Shown here: piece after piece, positions 60,015 to 64,000 of the stretch
How positions within the stretch are numbered: the first letter of the stretch is position 1
How the letters are laid out: each line of letters starts with the position of its first letter
From: an uncultured Candidatus Binatia bacterium
GTDB lineage: Bacteria; Desulfobacterota; Binatia; UBA9968; CAXXLF01
Length of the DNA stretch: 64,000 nucleotides
Assembly: GCA_965218425.1 (NCBI GenBank)
Contig: OZ244621.1
Coordinates: 3,712,001-3,776,000 of the forward strand
Direction: 5' to 3'
Program-made: the position numbers and the translations under genes
Notes under the pieces: generated by a model
What the model was told of the DNA's origin: nothing
The model's input: only the letters and a program-made list of their open reading frames with translations
Databases searched by the model: none

Positions 60015-60644
60015 CTACCTCCTTAGTAATTCCGGAGCATGTACGGCAAGGACCTGCCTTAGCTTTGCGCGACCCCGGGCATGCCTTGATTTAACCGTAC
60101 CCACCGAACAGCGAAGAACTTGGCCCACCTCTTGATAGGACAATCCTTCCATGTCTTTCAAGGTTACCACCATGCGCAACCGTTCTGGGAGGCTGGCCAC
60201 GGCACCCGCCACCAGTCGGCCCACCGTTTCCGTGTAATGGGGGCGGGGTTTTTCCTCTTCCGGCTCGGTCAGAAAGTCGCTTGTCCGGTGGATGGATTCT
60301 TGTAAGATTTCCTCGTTTAACGGGACCCTGTTGGACTGTTTCTTGAGCTCATCGCGGGCCCGGTTAATTGCTATACGGGTGATCCATGTCCGAAACGAAG
60401 CATCCTCCCGAAACGATTTTAGCGAAAAATAAGCCTTCACAAATACGTCTTGAACCACGTCTTCTATCTCTCCGTGGCCAGGTCCTAAAAGTCGACTCAC
60501 GAGGCGATAGATTCGAGACTGGTAGCGCTCCACTAGGAGGCGATACGAGTCACAATCGCCTTCCCGGACCCTGTGAATCCAGTCCTTCTCCGCTTCCGCG
60601 TCCTCTCTCAGGACTGGATTCACAAGAGTTTCCGCCATCTGCAT
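60015..60644 (-). CDS. ECF RNA polymerase sigma factor
   Basis: EDVVQDVF, FRTWITRIAIN and GLSYQEVG..L..SVGTVKSR..RGR. Confidence 0.94.
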   Translation of the reverse strand: MQMAETLVNPVLREDAEAEKDWIHRVREGDCDSYRLLVERYQSRIYRLVSRLLGPGHGEIEDVVQDVFVKAYFSLKSFREDASFRTWITRIAINRARDELKKQSNRVPLNEEILQESIHRTSDFLTEPEEEKPRPHYTETVGRLVAGAVASLPERLRMVVTLKDMEGLSYQEVGQVLRCSVGTVKSRHARGRAKLRQVLAVHAPELLRR

Positions 60645-60728
60645 GCCTTGGCCGACCGTCTTTTAGTATATAGGATGATTGGGGGTTCCATCAATGCCGG
60701 GTGGTGAGGGAACCCACTCTCGTCTAAT

Positions 60729-61328
60729 GTGCAAGAGATCAGATTTCTCATGCAAGCCAAAGATATCATAGCGAGAGGCCCCACCAGGGAGCCACTACCC
60801 CGGAAAACCGTCAGCGGCGGTGTCCGGGGAGCGTCCGGGGAGCGTCCGCCAGCTCCCATCGAAACGTCTAATTCCTTCGAGGCCTTTTTGTTTCAACCCG
60901 ATTCAGTACTAACCAACGACTATCTCGAGACCATTCGCAGAACTTCCTATACTGAGCCGGAGAAAGAACTCATGCTGGCGGTATTGGAGGATGGGGTCAG
61001 TTGTTTTCAGCGGAACCTCTTCGCCGGTAGACCCCGCGATAAGACCCAATTCCAGGAGGCGGAGGACTGGATCCTAGAAGAAAGTCGTCACTGGCTCTTC
61101 TCCTTTGAGATCATCTGCGAGGCCCTCGATATTGACGCTGACTTTCTGCGATCCAAATTAATTGGCTGGAAACAGTCTAAACTGCAAGAGTTTTCCAAAA
61201 AGTCCAGCGATACCTTGGGTCTAGGCTTCGCCAAGAGGAAGATCCGACAGATAACCTTACGGAAGGCAACCTCCGTGGAGCTGCATTCTTATCAGCGCGA
61301 GTTGAACTCCAACCACGGTCAAATCTAG
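60729..61328 (+). CDS. Hypothetical helical protein
   Basis: Open frame with a core EKELMLAVLEDG...EAEDWI...FSFEIICEALDID..FLR that looks conserved. Start uncertain. Confidence 0.65.
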   Translation: MQEIRFLMQAKDIIARGPTREPLPRKTVSGGVRGASGERPPAPIETSNSFEAFLFQPDSVLTNDYLETIRRTSYTEPEKELMLAVLEDGVSCFQRNLFAGRPRDKTQFQEAEDWILEESRHWLFSFEIICEALDIDADFLRSKLIGWKQSKLQEFSKKSSDTLGLGFAKRKIRQITLRKATSVELHSYQRELNSNHGQI

Positions 61329-61525
61329 CGCAAAATCTAAATCCCTTTTCATAGTGCTAGAGGCCTTAGGTTTAAGCGGTACGCGTCATTTCTAGCCCGG
61401 ATCGGATAAAGCATACTCATACTGCGGGAGCATTAGGTCGGTAGAACAATGGACCGCATTGCCGCATTTTCCATTGTTCCAATGTCGAATGCTCCAATGC
61501 GCTAAAATTTTGCAAAGCAAAATTT

Positions 61526-61601
61526 TGGTGGAGCCGATGGGGATCGAACCCACGACCTCTAGAGTGCGATTCTAGCGCTCTCCCAGCTGAGCTACGGCCC
61601 C
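61526..61601 (-). tRNA. tRNA-Ala(CGC)
   Basis: GGGGCCGTAGCTCAGCTGGGAGAGCGCTAGAATCGCACTCTAGAGGTCGTGGGTTCGATCCCCATCGGCTCCACCA has anticodon CGC, the G3-U70 pair and CCA. Confidence 0.97.
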
Positions 61602-61800
61602 ACACCGAGAAATTAACTATGGCGCCAGAGCCCCTTGAAAGGCTCTGCAAACGAGGCGTTCATTGTTGAACTGATCAGTTATTGTACTCAATTGTGCTTT
61701 ATAAAAGCAACCGCTCAACCTTATCCTACCATTCGCCCCCCGCTTGTGATAATTGAAAGCAACTCCCCTCTAGTGCCTTTCTTAAAGATCTGAGATATCA

Positions 61801-63103
61801 ATGCATTCCATCTTAGCCTCTGTCAGTGCCAGGGTACGAGTGTTCAGCGCCCTGCGCTACCGGAACTTTCGCCTCTATTGAATCGGCCAATTGGTGACGG
61901 TCTCGGGGCTCCAAATGATTATCCTGGCTGAGGGCTGGCTCATTTGGATGTTACGAGGATCAGAATTTCTATTGGGGGCCGTGGGTGGGATCAGGGCGGT
62001 GCCGGCGGTCTTGCTGAGTCTCTTCGGTGGAGCCGTTGCGGACAAGGTGGAACTGAGGCGTTTCCTTATACTGATTGAATCCGTTGCCGCCATTGCCCTC
62101 TTTATACTTGCCGCCCTCACGGTGGCAGGCCTGGTGGAGATTTGGCACATCTTTGCCGTGGCCTTCACCTTTGGAATCATTCAGGCCTTTGATCAGCCGG
62201 GCCGGCATGCACTCTTCCCACACCTCTTGGATCGACGGGAACTTATGAATGCCGTGAGCCTGAACTCCACCATATGGCCGGTTACGAAAGTCTTTGGGCC
62301 TGCCCTTGGGGGTTACATTATTGCAGCCCTCGGTGGGGTGTTCCATTCCCCCTTGGTGGGAGCGGGGACAGTCTTTTGTCTTGCGCATCCCGGCCTTCCA
62401 GCGTTCCGCGGGACGCAACATTCTTTCAGAAATCGGTGACGATTTGAAATTTGCCTGGAGTCACAGTCCGTTCAATTTTCTGATCGTTATTAACTTTTTG
62501 GGTATTTTTCTTGTATCCACCCATTCAACCCTTTTACCGGTTTTTTCCAGTGATGTCCTCAAGGGGGATGCTTCCACTCTGGGGACTCTTCACGCGGCAG
62601 GTGGAATCGGCAGCCTGGTGGGAGCCCTCATTGCCGCAAACCTGGGGAGTTTCAAGGGAAGAGGATGGTTAATCGTGGGAGGGCTGGCTACCCAGGCCTT
62701 GTTTGTGACCCTTTTTGGGTTTTCCCGTATCCTTAGCCTTTCACTCCTGTTACAGCTTCTTGCGGGCATGAGCCATGCCCTGTTCATGGTGGCCGCGCAA
62801 AGCACAGTGCAATCCCAGGTTCCAGATCACCTCCGGGGTAGGATGATAGCCATCTGGGGGATGAACTATGATGTGGTCTTTCCCCTGGGCCAAATACAGA
62901 TGGGGGCCACGGCGAGCTTTTCCCGTTACTATCTGTCCGGTGCGTTGGGCCGGTATGCAGGCGCCCCTTTTACCGTGATTCTGGGAGGGGTGATCATGCT
63001 GGCGGTTTCATTGCTGGGAATAGGCAGGATTCGCGAGTTGGGCCCCGTTGAGTTTGGGCCGACAACAGGGATCCATGGAAAGGAAATTCAAACTGACCGT
63101 TAA
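61801..63103 (+). pseudogene. MFS_3/EntS-like transporter pseudogene
   Basis: ATG 61801 gives ...FSALRYRNFRLY*IGQ, with TGA at 61879 in a conserved Trp position. A frameshift or deletion near 62390 separates the two MFS halves. Confidence 0.8.
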
Positions 63104-63182
63104 AAATAAGGGTAAAGCTCGTATCGCTTTGCCCTTGATCTATAGCTTGGGTTTCTTTGAAAGGATTGTGCCACAAACGCTT

Positions 63183-63575
63183 TTATCTCTCCGCCCGTCT
63201 TGTGCGTACGTTTGGAGGAACCGGTTTCCGTGTTTTATAGTCGATGGTTTTTACGTCCTCCGTGCTTCCGGACCGATTCCCCATCATCACCATGGGACCT
63301 GTGCCACTGTTTTCCAACTGGTAAAAGGATCCCCCCGTGATCAGGGCGGCCATACGGGGTTTAAGGACTTTCTTGGTGCCATCCGGAAAGTGCATGGTGC
63401 ACTCCCCATCGATTGCGTAGAAGGTTTGGTCTGCGTTGTGACAGTGCATGTCGTCGACGTCACCCGGATTGGGATAGTAGTGGAACCATGCATGGAAGCG
63501 GGGAGTGTTTATAATAACTTTTCGCTTCTTGTGGTTTTTGGCCAAATCGTCCATATCAACCATTTCAATGCTCAT
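63183..63575 (-). CDS. Cupin domain protein
   Basis: MHCHNADQTFY.IDGE...YQLENSG. RBS GGAGG precedes MSIEM. Confidence 0.82.
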   Translation of the reverse strand: MSIEMVDMDDLAKNHKKRKVIINTPRFHAWFHYYPNPGDVDDMHCHNADQTFYAIDGECTMHFPDGTKKVLKPRMAALITGGSFYQLENSGTGPMVMMGNRSGSTEDVKTIDYKTRKPVPPNVRTRRAER

Positions 63576-63861
63576 GGATGTGACCTCCCTCTCTGCAAAA
63601 GAATAACTAAGCGCTATCCCCCTCACTTTTACCACCGTCCCATCTTCCTAGTCGATGGATTCTAAACTCTGGACTCCCGCAACTAGCCGTCTAAGGGCTA
63701 CGAACGGCATCTTTACTTTCCTTGACAATCTCACAAGATTAATGCGAGAAGCGGAAGTCTCCGTATCGTGTAGGACTGACCTGTGACGAATCCTTGACTC
63801 TGGGTGGAAGTGAGCCGCCCTCAGCCCTATTGAATGAAATCTGAAATGATGGAGGAATAAA

Positions 63862-64000
63862 ATGAGTTACTACCACGATTTTAGGGATTATCTGAAAAAA
63901 CTTGAGGAAGTGGGCAAACTACGAACCATTTCCACTGCCATCGATAAAGATCGTGAACTTCACCCCCTGGTGAAGTGGCAGTATCGAGGCATTGAAGAAA
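63862..64000 (+). CDS. UbiD-family decarboxylase, N-terminus (truncated at window end)
   Basis: RBS GGAGG, then MSYYHDFRDYLKKLEEVGKLRTISTAIDKDRELHPLVKWQYRG, a typical UbiD N-terminus. Confidence 0.75.
   Translation, partial: MSYYHDFRDYLKKLEEVGKLRTISTAIDKDRELHPLVKWQYRGIEE

Noticed and set aside
61503..61526. AAAATTTTGC-AAA-GCAAAATTTT palindrome
   Set aside because: A simple hairpin immediately after the tRNA CCA, probably a terminator or processing signal.
61879..61881. In-frame TGA as selenocysteine or Trp recoding
   Set aside because: It lies at a Trp position in a gene that is also frameshifted, and TGA is a normal stop in many other genes here.
1..64000. CRISPR array, prophage, rRNA, defence systems, and the many antisense or overlapping ORFs in the track
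   Set aside because: I saw no regularly spaced repeats, cas, phage or defence genes. The shadow ORFs overlap well-supported genes and lack motifs.

Overview
A 64-kb chromosomal segment (about 52% GC by eye) from a Gram-negative bacterium. The gene content is most consistent with Candidatus Binatia or another deltaproteobacterial lineage: expanded TctC-like binding proteins, UbiD and Mo-hydroxylase paralogues, carD-ispD, DUF1844-degQ and CCCTTCGAC-type repeats. This assignment is an inference. Left (1-16 kb): a catabolic region with a cyclic amidohydrolase, a CoxM/S/L-type Mo-hydroxylase and a PrpF/Mii isomerase in one operon, then an orphan ABC ATPase, UbiD, metF, a complete IS element at the metF promoter and a second orphan Mo subunit. 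Middle (16-42 kb): mostly housekeeping genes (pncA, cysQ, tandem Rieske proteins, HIT, gdh, efp, coaE, fadD, grxC, tRNA-Cys, rimI, carD, ispD, cysK, GT9, degQ, PBP1B with a frameshifted TPR lipoprotein, tsaD, rsmA, mutM, lhgO) plus several gene remnants. Right (42-64 kb): an uptake/catabolism region with a TctA-TctB fusion and four paralogous TctC-like binding proteins followed by a Rieske oxygenase and a Zn-ADH. It also holds a PQQ dehydrogenase/intradiol dioxygenase-like/DoxX operon, an ECF sigma/ZAS anti-sigma/Spy-like operon, tRNA-Ala, an MFS pseudogene, a cupin and a second UbiD. I saw no CRISPR array, prophage or rRNA. All calls come from motif recognition by eye; no database searches were run.
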